From a virus (Duplodnaviria; Caudoviricetes): a stretch of DNA of 27,786 nucleotides. The stretch's first letter is position 1. Every line of letters starts with the position of its first letter. The DNA is taken from positions 1 to 27,786 of the IMG/VR virus record IMGVR_UViG_3300005512_000263; one strand, given 5' to 3'. Of this stretch, positions 16,974 through 24,459 are shown piece after piece. The notes beneath the pieces were generated by a model. The model ran no database searches and was not told where the DNA came from. It saw only the letters and a program-made list of their open reading frames with translations. A program made the position numbers and the translations under genes.

Positions 16974-17114
16974 ATGGCATACTTGGCTTACGGATTGGCA
17001 TGGGTTTCTACATCAGCAGGTGTTTGTTGTGCTGTGTACATAACACATAGTGCGTGGCCTATTTTTGGCTTTATTTTTCCAGCATTTATATCAATAACCA
17101 ATAGCAAAAAATAA
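16974..17114 (+). CDS. Cassette 5 small membrane protein (46 aa, not in ORF track)
   Basis: AGGAGGT RBS; MAYLAYGLAWVSTSAGVCCAVYITHSAWPIFGFIFPAFISITNSKK; stop inside R''. Confidence 0.7.
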   Translation: MAYLAYGLAWVSTSAGVCCAVYITHSAWPIFGFIFPAFISITNSKK

Positions 17115-17166
17115 TAAAACAATGCTACCGATTCGCTGCGCTCACGGCAGATCGTTGGCATTCTTC
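17109..17166 (+). mobile_element. attC-like site 5
   Basis: AAATAAT-N8-[G]-CTACCG-[A]-loop-CGGCAG-N9-ATTCTTC. Confidence 0.75.
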
Positions 17167-17185
17167 GCATGGAGGCATAACTAAA

Positions 17186-17347
17186 ATGAATACAGAAAAA
17201 TGGTCTTGGATGATGGAATACTGCAAAAAGAAACGTATACCACCAGCAGAAACGTGGGCGTGGCGTGAAGCAGAAAAGGCATATCTAAAAGAGTTGAAAG
17301 CGAAGAATAAAAAGTTGAAGATCGGTATCGCTTCGCTCACGACTTAA
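17186..17347 (+). CDS. Cassette 6 small Trp-rich protein (53 aa, not in ORF track)
   Basis: GGAGG RBS; MNTEKWSWMMEYCKKKRIPPAETWAWREAEKAYLKELK... Confidence 0.7.
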   Translation: MNTEKWSWMMEYCKKKRIPPAETWAWREAEKAYLKELKAKNKKLKIGIASLTT

Positions 17348-17361
17348 CTAAATCATTAGGA
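17302..17361 (+). mobile_element. attC-like site 6
   Basis: GAAGAAT-N8-[G]-AAG[A]TCG-loop-CGACTT-N9-ATTAGGA. Confidence 0.75.
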
Positions 17362-17367
17362 GGACTT

Positions 17368-17547
17368 ATGGGCAAACCAACAGAGTTGCTGGAAAAACTA
17401 AATATTTGCATTTATTATGGCGATTGCCCTTTTAACTTTATGGATTGCCAGGAAGACGAGCCTTGGTTTATATGTCCAGAATATCAACCGTCAGTGGAAA
17501 GCAAAAAATACAAAAACAGAACCGGCAGGCTCCAAAACATTGGGTAA
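17368..17547 (+). CDS. Small Cys-containing hypothetical protein (59 aa)
   Basis: AGGAGG RBS; four Cys; no attC found after it. Confidence 0.55.
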   Translation: MGKPTELLEKLNICIYYGDCPFNFMDCQEDEPWFICPEYQPSVESKKYKNRTGRLQNIG

Positions 17548-17571
17548 CAGAGAAATCGGCCTGTCAAGTGA

Positions 17572-17820
17572 ATGTTTACACTTATGACCCAAAAGACGTT
17601 TTGGGTATCGGTCTTCCCCTGTATAGCCAGGGATCAACACGGATGTGAGAGAGGTTTAATCAATGGGATCAAAATACAACTGGAAGCCATGGAATCTGTG
17701 GATCGAATACACACCGTGGGTTTATTTCAGAGTGTCGATAAAAACCAAACACGGTTGGAGAACTATGTTCCATTTTTGGGTGTAATTGATACAAATAAAA
17801 CAATGGGGCCGACTCGGTGA
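17572..17820 (+). CDS. Hypothetical protein
   Basis: ORF on the operon strand; no recognised motif. Confidence 0.3.
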   Translation: MFTLMTQKTFWVSVFPCIARDQHGCERGLINGIKIQLEAMESVDRIHTVGLFQSVDKNQTRLENYVPFLGVIDTNKTMGPTR

Positions 17821-17933
17821 GCAATATGCCCAGAAATGGGAGAGCATCCGATAGCGCGCAAGGAAGGACGTTGCTCGACCTGCGCGTGTGCGGCCTGAAT
17901 TTGGGCAGGCCCCATTACTTTGAAAGGCGAAAA

Positions 17934-18038
17934 ATGAAAACCATCCGCATTATCATACTAACTTTTAAATACTGGTATCAAGGCGAAACCCTTGAAGACG
18001 CCTATCTTTATGCGTCTAAAATCGTGAAGGGTTGGTGA
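17934..18038 (+). CDS. Small hypothetical protein
   Basis: MKTIRIIILTFKYWYQGETLEDAYLYASKIVKGW, the 3' part of track ORF 17817..18038. Confidence 0.4.
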   Translation: MKTIRIIILTFKYWYQGETLEDAYLYASKIVKGW

Positions 18039-18044
18039 TTAATC

Positions 18045-18425
18045 TTGATTTCTACATTGCCACAAATAGTTGACATAGACGGTCTTGCTAAGATATTGTC
18101 ATGTAGCAAGTCAACGATCCTGCAAACCTGGAGGCGGTATCCTCATTTCTTTATAGGGAAAGGAGATACTGCAAAAGGGGTCAGGTTCGACGTGCTTGAT
18201 GTTGTCGATTATTTAAAAGGCAGAGATTATGCCAACCTGGGATCAGAAAACAAAGAGCTTCAAAGGACGGGTGCGGATAGGCGGACATCCGCAAACCGTA
18301 AGAACAGGATTTTTGAACAGGGAAGCCGCAAAGAGATGGGAACTCAACACCAAACACGCTCTCAAGAATCAAAAACCTGTCACAGAACCGGAGATCCGTT
18401 TAACCTTTGCATCGGGGTCCACTGA
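18045..18425 (+). CDS. Excisionase/AlpA-like winged-helix protein overlapping int
   Basis: VDIDGLAKILSCSKSTILQ...YPHFFIG...VRFDVLDVVDYL, immediately upstream of the integrase. Confidence 0.75.
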   Translation: MISTLPQIVDIDGLAKILSCSKSTILQTWRRYPHFFIGKGDTAKGVRFDVLDVVDYLKGRDYANLGSENKELQRTGADRRTSANRKNRIFEQGSRKEMGTQHQTRSQESKTCHRTGDPFNLCIGVH

Positions 18426-19281
18426 TTATCTAACGCATTGTCAAAATCACGATTACGCACCAGGGACAATCGTTACCAAGTCACAAATTGTAAGAGACTT
18501 CATATCATTCCTGAAACACGACCCACCAATTGAATCAATTGATTCCAATATAATCGAATCCTATCTCAATTCAAAACAAAAAAAGAAGACAGCAAACCGG
18601 CATTTGAGAGAGTTAAAAACCATTTTTAACTGGCTCAAGAAAAACAAATATGTTGCCGGCAATCCATGCGAAGACATAGAAAAATATCGAGTTACGAAGC
18701 ATTACCCTTATGTCCCGCCGCCAGAAGATATCAACAAGGTTCTTCTTGTCGCTGATGATTTCCAGTATGATTTTTTGCAGACCATCTATCACCTGTCGGC
18801 AAGAAGAAAAGAGGTTATGAATTTAAAATGGGAAGATGTAGACTTTGAAAACAGGACAGTCTCCGTGTGGACCCGTAAAAGATTCGGCGGCGACATGGAA
18901 AGGGACACGCTTGGAATGAACAGCATCCTTTACGGAATACTCAAGTCCAGGCATGACCATAAATGCTGTGAATGGGTATTCCATGATAATGGTAAACATC
19001 TTACCCGGTCAAAGATTGAGAAGATGGTCAACAAATTGTGCGAGAAAGCAGGAGTTAAAAAGTTTGGATTCCATTCAATCAGGCACCATGTATCTGCATT
19101 AATGGCAGCCAGCAAAAAACTTTCTTTGGTTGACATTCAACGGCAATTAAGGCATAAAAGCGCAACGACAACAAACCACTATTTAACAGGCTTGGTAAAC
19201 GAAAGTAACGCGGCGGAAGTGATAGAAGAAATGCAGACAAACAGACAATCAAATATTGTGCCAATAAGACAAAAAAAATAA
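18229..19281 (+). CDS. int: Phage tyrosine integrase
   Basis: R (ARRKEV), K, HSIRH, LRH and Y (TNHY) catalytic residues; N-terminal arm-binding and core-binding domains. Confidence 0.93.
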   Translation: MPTWDQKTKSFKGRVRIGGHPQTVRTGFLNREAAKRWELNTKHALKNQKPVTEPEIRLTFASGSTDYLTHCQNHDYAPGTIVTKSQIVRDFISFLKHDPPIESIDSNIIESYLNSKQKKKTANRHLRELKTIFNWLKKNKYVAGNPCEDIEKYRVTKHYPYVPPPEDINKVLLVADDFQYDFLQTIYHLSARRKEVMNLKWEDVDFENRTVSVWTRKRFGGDMERDTLGMNSILYGILKSRHDHKCCEWVFHDNGKHLTRSKIEKMVNKLCEKAGVKKFGFHSIRHHVSALMAASKKLSLVDIQRQLRHKSATTTNHYLTGLVNESNAAEVIEEMQTNRQSNIVPIRQKK

Positions 19282-19475
19282 ATTGGCACTCTTGGAGTGC
19301 CAAAAACTCTCAGCGCCCGTAGCCCAGTGGATAAGGCGTCAGCCTCCGAAGCTGAATTGACGCATCCTCACAACACCGAAAAGCCCGGCAAATCTGGATA
19401 ATCAAAATATCAACTCACACAAAATCACCTAAAATAGTGCCAAAAAAAAATAAATTGGCACTCCAATAGTGCCAA
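19257..19475. mobile_element. attP region with arm-type repeats
   Basis: Two copies of GTGCCAA...AAATAAATTGGCACT-N5-AGTGCCAA (19257-19303, 19436-19475) flank a tRNA fragment. Confidence 0.75.
19313..19355 (+). tRNA. 5' half of tRNA-Arg(CCG), att core; not a complete tRNA
   Basis: GCGCCCG-TA-GCCC AGTGGATA AGGC-G-TCAGC CTCCGAA GCTGA; no T-arm or 3' acceptor strand follows. Confidence 0.8.
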
Positions 19476-19524
19476 AAAGTAACCCTCCTGGGTGCGCTTA
19501 AATCAGAGGCGTGGAGGGTGTTGT

Positions 19525-19956
19525 TTAATACCGACAACCGACACCCAACATTGCCCCGATTCTGACACCCCAATACCCCAATTTTTTCGTGATCCACCAG
19601 CTTGTAGTACCCACATCAATCTCAAACTGCTTATCTGCCCATGCCCGTTCTTCAGGTGTTTTGGCTTTACGGCATCTCCAGTCGTGGCGGCATGATGCTA
19701 TTGGGTGACGGTGCCTGGGGAATACAGATCGCATACAAAAATTTAATGGTTCAGATAACACCCGAAGCAAACCCCGCTTTATTTTTGATCCGTTTTCTGA
19801 GATCAGTTCAGAGCTTGATCCGTCCCATTCAAAATCGAACGGTATAAGACCGCTTGAGCCGTCCTGTTTGGGGCAATATAGAGGCGCGGACAGCGCCCGG
19901 TGGTTAGGCTTGCCAGGGACCGTCCGCATATAAATGATGGTGCCTGAGTGCGTCAT
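19525..19956 (-). CDS. DUF1353-family protein
   Basis: FEWDGSS...ASCRHDWRC...ADKQF...GVRIG. Confidence 0.75.
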   Translation of the reverse strand: MTHSGTIIYMRTVPGKPNHRALSAPLYCPKQDGSSGLIPFDFEWDGSSSELISENGSKIKRGLLRVLSEPLNFCMRSVFPRHRHPIASCRHDWRCRKAKTPEERAWADKQFEIDVGTTSWWITKKLGYWGVRIGAMLGVGCRY

Positions 19957-20154
19957 TTACTCTTTGGCCTTGCTCCACACCGCCAACGCAGCACCGATAA
20001 CAGCCGCGATTGAACTGCCAATGGTGGTCACATTATCCACCATTGCCGTCTGTGTTTCAGGGTCAATATCAATGCCGAAATTAGCGGCCACTGTAGCACC
20101 GACAAGGAGCAGCGCTCCCCATAATCTTTTTGACGCATACCAAGGATCTTTCAT
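19957..20154 (-). CDS. Holin-like membrane protein
   Basis: KDPWYASKRLWG plus two TM helices, in the lysis module. Confidence 0.75.
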   Translation of the reverse strand: MKDPWYASKRLWGALLLVGATVAANFGIDIDPETQTAMVDNVTTIGSSIAAVIGAALAVWSKAKE

Positions 20155-20169
20155 TTTTTAACTCCTATT

Positions 20170-20397
20170 TTATTTGTTATTTCCTGTCAGCCACTCCCAT
20201 ACTGTTTTTTTTTCAGGCATATCTTCAGGGTTTCTCGCCGCACGTTCCCTGGCAATTTTCATTTCATGCCGAGTAAACATTCCTGGTGTCTCGTTGCCAT
20301 CCATGTCAATAAACAGCACCGGTTGATAGGACATGGCAGCACCGAATTTTCGTTCTGTGTTGCCGATTTCATCTTCCAGATAAATTTTGCTTTTCAT
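20170..20397 (-). CDS. Hypothetical protein
   Basis: Tightly packed ORF in the lysis module. Confidence 0.65.
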   Translation of the reverse strand: MKSKIYLEDEIGNTERKFGAAMSYQPVLFIDMDGNETPGMFTRHEMKIARERAARNPEDMPEKKTVWEWLTGNNK

Positions 20398-20398
20398 C

Positions 20399-20797
20399 TT
20401 AAAACGCCTCCCTTATCGTCAGGTGACAAATGTCTCTGACCTCTGACATCAGTGCATCCAGCGCCGCCTTTGATCTTAAGACGGCTCTTTTACCGCTGAG
20501 GTACCCTGTGTATGTGCCGGTGATCAGACATCCCTTTGTGTCTTTTACCGTGTTGCCATAATGGACTGATATATTTGTCCGGCCCGGGACATTGTGGACC
20601 TCCAGGCACGGCCGCAAATATTTGGGGGAATCATATCTTTTACAAAGATATTGACCGGTGGGGATACAGGCTTGCCCCCTCTCATTGTTTCCCTTCGGCG
20701 GCTCCAGAATAAAACAAAACACTTGTTTATTAAGGGACAACACGCCAATGGTCCCGGCTGGTGACGTTTCCATCCGTGTTAAGTCAAGAAAAATCAT
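20399..20797 (-). CDS. DUF5675-family putative endolysin
   Basis: TIGVL...LE...CIPTGQY...VPGRTNISVHYGN...DTKGCLITG. Confidence 0.85.
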   Translation of the reverse strand: MIFLDLTRMETSPAGTIGVLSLNKQVFCFILEPPKGNNERGQACIPTGQYLCKRYDSPKYLRPCLEVHNVPGRTNISVHYGNTVKDTKGCLITGTYTGYLSGKRAVLRSKAALDALMSEVRDICHLTIREAF

Positions 20798-21003
20798 TTC
20801 TTTCCCCAACGCTTTTTTTGAAGGTCCCATGCTTTGGGAAGTGTTATCCCGAATAGAGTTATGGCCGCGATCATCATTGCAAAAAACCTTGTCCATTCCT
20901 CACAAGATGCAGGGAGCAAATGAAAAAACCAACCGAATAAAGATACTGTATAACCTGTTATCTCTCGCCATACCGGCCTTAAAACAGCTTTGACACGTTC
21001 CAT
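20794..21003 (-). CDS. Small membrane protein (holin/antiholin candidate)
   Basis: Two hydrophobic segments, basic tail, ATGA overlap with the endolysin. Confidence 0.6.
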   Translation of the reverse strand: MERVKAVLRPVWREITGYTVSLFGWFFHLLPASCEEWTRFFAMMIAAITLFGITLPKAWDLQKKRWGKK

Positions 21004-21013
21004 TTTATCCCTT

Positions 21014-21283
21014 TCATCGTTCTTTAATCTTTATGAATCTTGATCGATCATCAATCCGTTCCCCTGCGGTTTCAATTCTGTTGATTATCCTATATGTTTC
21101 TCCCGCCGTGCCACCGGACAAGAAAACCGTCGTGGTGGTGGTGGTATTCGAAGACGAATCAACCGTTATACCGTCGGGGACAATCCAGTCACTTGATGAA
21201 ATTGTGTCCTCATCGAGCCAGTCAGACCAATCGTTCTCGTAGTCCAGCGCCGCGTTAGGGTCCTTAAAGTTTACCATTGTCAT
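21014..21283 (-). CDS. Phage tail/fibre adaptor-like protein
   Basis: KDPNAALDY..DWSDWL..DTI.SS.W...LSGG..G.TY.I.NRI.T..ER.DDRS. Confidence 0.75.
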   Translation of the reverse strand: MTMVNFKDPNAALDYENDWSDWLDEDTISSSDWIVPDGITVDSSSNTTTTTTVFLSGGTAGETYRIINRIETAGERIDDRSRFIKIKER

Positions 21284-21303
21284 GGGTCACCGCCTTAATG
21301 GCA

Positions 21304-21675
21304 TTAAGCAGGATCAGGAATCCCGATTGCAAACTCGGCCGTTGTCCAGGGGTTCGCAGTATAAACGGTTTGGGCAGAGGATAAAGCCCCGGCTGCCAGC
21401 AGTTTTGATGCTGAATCGTCTGTCAAGGCATAATATCCGGCTGATCCTTCCGCGTTTACAACCCCGTCAGTGACTTCAGCCACAACCACCTCACGACCGC
21501 CGCCTGTTCGTGGAGAAGGGGCCGCGATTGTCGGGGTTGCCTTTGTCCCGAGTCTGTATGTGGATGACGCCTCAGTGAATGTGGTAGGTAGCGTGCTGCA
21601 GATGTAAAGATTTTCGGTGTCGTCATCAATTACGCTTAAGCCATTGTCGAATACATCATCGTGTAAACTTGCCAT
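21304..21675 (-). CDS. Virion structural protein (tail fibre-associated)
   Basis: Beta-rich, Ala/Thr-rich; downstream of the adhesin. Confidence 0.6.
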   Translation of the reverse strand: MASLHDDVFDNGLSVIDDDTENLYICSTLPTTFTEASSTYRLGTKATPTIAAPSPRTGGGREVVVAEVTDGVVNAEGSAGYYALTDDSASKLLAAGALSSAQTVYTANPWTTAEFAIGIPDPA

Positions 21676-21687
21676 TGTTTGGATCTC

Positions 21688-23388
21688 CTATGTTATTGTA
21701 TACGTTCTTTCTTCTGCTTCTATTCCATACGTTCTGTTCTCTGCCAGGATGCTATATATCCTCCACGCTGGTGTATCTGGGGCAGAAAAGTTTAGTCTTG
21801 GTGAACCCAACACCGGAGTGCTTGCCGTGATACCCAAAGCGGCCAATACGTGAGTCTGGCCTATTAATAATGAACCAACCACCGGGAGGCCGGTTGTGAC
21901 ACCATCTGAAACAAAAGAATGGATTTGGCCGATAGCCGGTGAGCCGATATCTGGGGAACTATTTGTTATGCCGGTTGCGGATAGGGTATGGGTCTGCCCA
22001 AGCCCAGGGGATACTAAAACCGGTGTACCTGCAGTAATATCTAAAAGAGAAAGGCCATTGATGGTCCCGGAGCCAAGATCAGGTGACCCAAGCACAGGCG
22101 TACTTGCGGTTATGTCTTCAGGTGATAACGTATGGGTCTGGCCAACCGATGGGGTCCCAAGCTCCGGTATACCTGAGATAAAATCCTCGAGAACAAACGA
22201 GTGGGTCTGACCAACCGCAGGAGATTCAATATCAGGAGCGCCCGTCGTGATATCTGAAGCGATTAGGGTGCTGGTCTGGCCAATGGCCGGGGAGGCTATA
22301 TCAGGTATTCCGGAAACAAAACCTGTCGGTGATAACGTATGGGTCTGGCCAAGGTTGGGTGAACCTAAAACAGGGGTGCCGGTAATCAAGTTTATGGGCA
22401 ATAAAGTTGAAGGTGGTTCTGCGGCTGAATCAAAAACAAAAAACAACTGATCATCATCAAAAAATGATGTGGTGATTGTCGGTTTTATAAACTCAATATC
22501 AGACGGCCATCTTAGAGTTGATGCGCCGTCATCTGCAATTGACCATGTTTTAATTGATGTCAGATACAGTTTTTTATTTGCCGGTGCGCCTGTGTAATAT
22601 TTGGCTGATCCGAAATGTGCTGATACCCCCGACTGTAAATTTTGGTGCGACCAATTGACAAGGGCCTTGGAATATATTTCGTCCGTTAGTCCTGAGCAAT
22701 TGCGGAACGCATAGTAAAAGGTCGTGACTGCTGAGACATCCCAGGACGACACGTCCAGTGTTGTCAAAGATGAGCAACTGCGGAACGCATAGTAAAAGGT
22801 CGTGACTGCTGAGACATCCCAGGACGACACGTCCAGTGTTGTCAAAGATGAGCAATTGTAGAACGCATAGTAAAAGCTCTCGACTGCTGAGACATCCCAG
22901 GACGACACGTCCAGTGTTGTCAAAGATGAGCAATTGCAGAACGCATAGTAAAAGCTCTCGACTGCTGAGACATCCCAGGACGAAACGTCCAGTGTTGTCA
23001 AAGATGAGCAACTGCGGAACGCAGAGGAAAAGCTCGTGACTGCTGATATACCAAAGATCCCGGTTGCACTAACAGTCATGCCAGAACAACCATAGAAAAA
23101 GGCGACATTCGCCCCGACATCCAGGTCACCCCAATCTGAAACATCCCGAACTTTAGGGGCAGACGAGGAATTATCAAATTTCCAGCCGGTTATTGTGCCA
23201 GTAATTGTGATTGTGTAGGTATCAGCGGTCGCATATGTGTGAGTAATAGCAGCATCGTTATAAGTGGTGATATCATCATCTGACGAATCACCCCAATCAA
23301 CATTAAAATCATAAGTGCCATTGCTGGTCAGGGGCAGAGTAAATGTCTCTGACGCCCCGGTAGTCAGTATGTCAAATACAAATGCCAT
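21688..23388 (-). CDS. PKD + DUF285/BspA-like LRR surface protein with C-terminal ~24-aa repeats (putative receptor-binding protein)
   Basis: VDWGD...HTYA PKD domain; WDVSAVxxFxxAFxxCSSL repeats; GQTHxL...GxPxxxSP repeats. Confidence 0.85.
   Translation of the reverse strand: MAFVFDILTTGASETFTLPLTSNGTYDFNVDWGDSSDDDITTYNDAAITHTYATADTYTITITGTITGWKFDNSSSAPKVRDVSDWGDLDVGANVAFFYGCSGMTVSATGIFGISAVTSFSSAFRSCSSLTTLDVSSWDVSAVESFYYAFCNCSSLTTLDVSSWDVSAVESFYYAFYNCSSLTTLDVSSWDVSAVTTFYYAFRSCSSLTTLDVSSWDVSAVTTFYYAFRNCSGLTDEIYSKALVNWSHQNLQSGVSAHFGSAKYYTGAPANKKLYLTSIKTWSIADDGASTLRWPSDIEFIKPTITTSFFDDDQLFFVFDSAAEPPSTLLPINLITGTPVLGSPNLGQTHTLSPTGFVSGIPDIASPAIGQTSTLIASDITTGAPDIESPAVGQTHSFVLEDFISGIPELGTPSVGQTHTLSPEDITASTPVLGSPDLGSGTINGLSLLDITAGTPVLVSPGLGQTHTLSATGITNSSPDIGSPAIGQIHSFVSDGVTTGLPVVGSLLIGQTHVLAALGITASTPVLGSPRLNFSAPDTPAWRIYSILAENRTYGIEAEERTYTIT
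22693..23046. repeat. 78-bp tandem repeat x4.5 encoding 26-aa LRR units
   Basis: Near-identical units differing at a few fixed columns. Confidence 0.95.
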
Positions 23389-23576
23389 TAGAGGGTAATA
23401 TTCACTTCACGGAATACTTCGGTGAAATCGGTTACTTTATCCGGATCTATATAGACGGAATTATCCGTAATATTCACTTCACGGAATACTTTGGTGAAAT
23501 CGGTTACTTCATCCGTGTTCCAGGGTTCGATATCAGAATCTTCAAACGTGTAAGACAAGGATTCTTCGCTAAACAT
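23388..23576 (-). CDS. 62-aa mini DUF285-like repeat protein
   Basis: AAGGAG RBS; WNTDEVTDFTKVFREVNIT / DPDKVTDFTEVFREVNIT; 49-bp duplication with a 72-bp period. Confidence 0.6.
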   Translation of the reverse strand: MFSEESLSYTFEDSDIEPWNTDEVTDFTKVFREVNITDNSVYIDPDKVTDFTEVFREVNITL

Positions 23577-23589
23577 GTTATTTCTCCTT

Positions 23590-23988
23590 TTAATTAAAAC
23601 CGATATAATGGACTGTTGAAATATCGTGGCTGTCAGTGCTGTCGTCCTGGACAAAACCCACCTGCAAATAAGCCGGTGGGTTGAAGATCATAAGCGTAAG
23701 CTGCTCAGGATCTTTTGACTTGTCACCGGCAATTAGATCCATGGGTGTATCATCAAAGTTTGTGCCGTCTTTGCTGCCGTAGATGTAGATTGCTATGTTG
23801 GCGGTTGGTGTTGCATCATAATTAATATCAATCGTCAACTGTAGAGACCAATACGTTCGACAATCAATACTGCCAGTCTTGGATTCTGTTGTTGTTGATA
23901 ATGTCTCAGCCGCCGTGGTAGGTGTTCCGGTTGTCCAGGTATCGTCATTCCAATCGTGTTGGTAGGTATCTCCTGCTGTCCGTGCCAT
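23590..23988 (-). CDS. Putative virion protein (beta-sandwich)
   Basis: Thr/Asp-rich, YGSKDGTNFD; tail-module position. Confidence 0.65.
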   Translation of the reverse strand: MARTAGDTYQHDWNDDTWTTGTPTTAAETLSTTTESKTGSIDCRTYWSLQLTIDINYDATPTANIAIYIYGSKDGTNFDDTPMDLIAGDKSKDPEQLTLMIFNPPAYLQVGFVQDDSTDSHDISTVHYIGFN

Positions 23989-24308
23989 TAGATGATCCCC
24001 GCTGAGTCATAGGCCAGAGCAAGTTTGCCGAACTGATCATCAGTTACGACTGCCCATTCAAGATCGGATTCAGACGGCGTATTCCCTGCGTCAATAGTAC
24101 CGCCAATGCTGGTATTGGTTATCACGGTCAAGCACATATCCTTTTTAGATACCTTGTCAGCATAGACTGCTTTCGCCATTGTTAAATCTAATGCTTCCGG
24201 GGTTTCAAGGGCTAAAACCTGGCTCGCTCTAAGCCAATAATAATAAGCTACTCGTTTTTGAAACCCAGCCTCTTCCGCGTAAACCATTCTTTTCACGCTA
24301 TCTGCCAT
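23988..24308 (-). CDS. Hypothetical virion-module protein
   Basis: AGAGG RBS; TAATG overlap with the next gene. Confidence 0.7.
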   Translation of the reverse strand: MADSVKRMVYAEEAGFQKRVAYYYWLRASQVLALETPEALDLTMAKAVYADKVSKKDMCLTVITNTSIGGTIDAGNTPSESDLEWAVVTDDQFGKLALAYDSAGII

Positions 24309-24459
24309 TTTATTTTCCTCTTAAAAAATTAAAGTTACTTCCTCATTAAGTTTAATTTACGATTGTGTGATTTTCGCCCATACCGCGCCATATTCACTTT
24401 TAGTTTCCATGCCTTTCAGTAAGAGTTCAAGCCTTACTTGAGCATATACCGCTATATGT

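Noticed and set aside
16061-17361. Intergenic hairpins as simple terminators
   Set aside because: Most lack a U-tract next to the stem; conserved bulge positions and cross-cassette end complementarity are not explained by termination
18229-19281. Integrase as the integron integrase (IntI) serving the arrays
   Set aside because: It lacks the IntI-specific insertion between WVF and the HxxR box (WVFHDNGKHLTRS is short) and has its own xis, arm sites and tRNA att core
19313-19390. Complete tRNA-Arg gene
   Set aside because: No GTTCRA T-loop or complementary acceptor strand after 19355
22693-23046. 78-bp repeats as a CRISPR array
   Set aside because: No unique spacers; the units are in-frame 26-aa coding repeats
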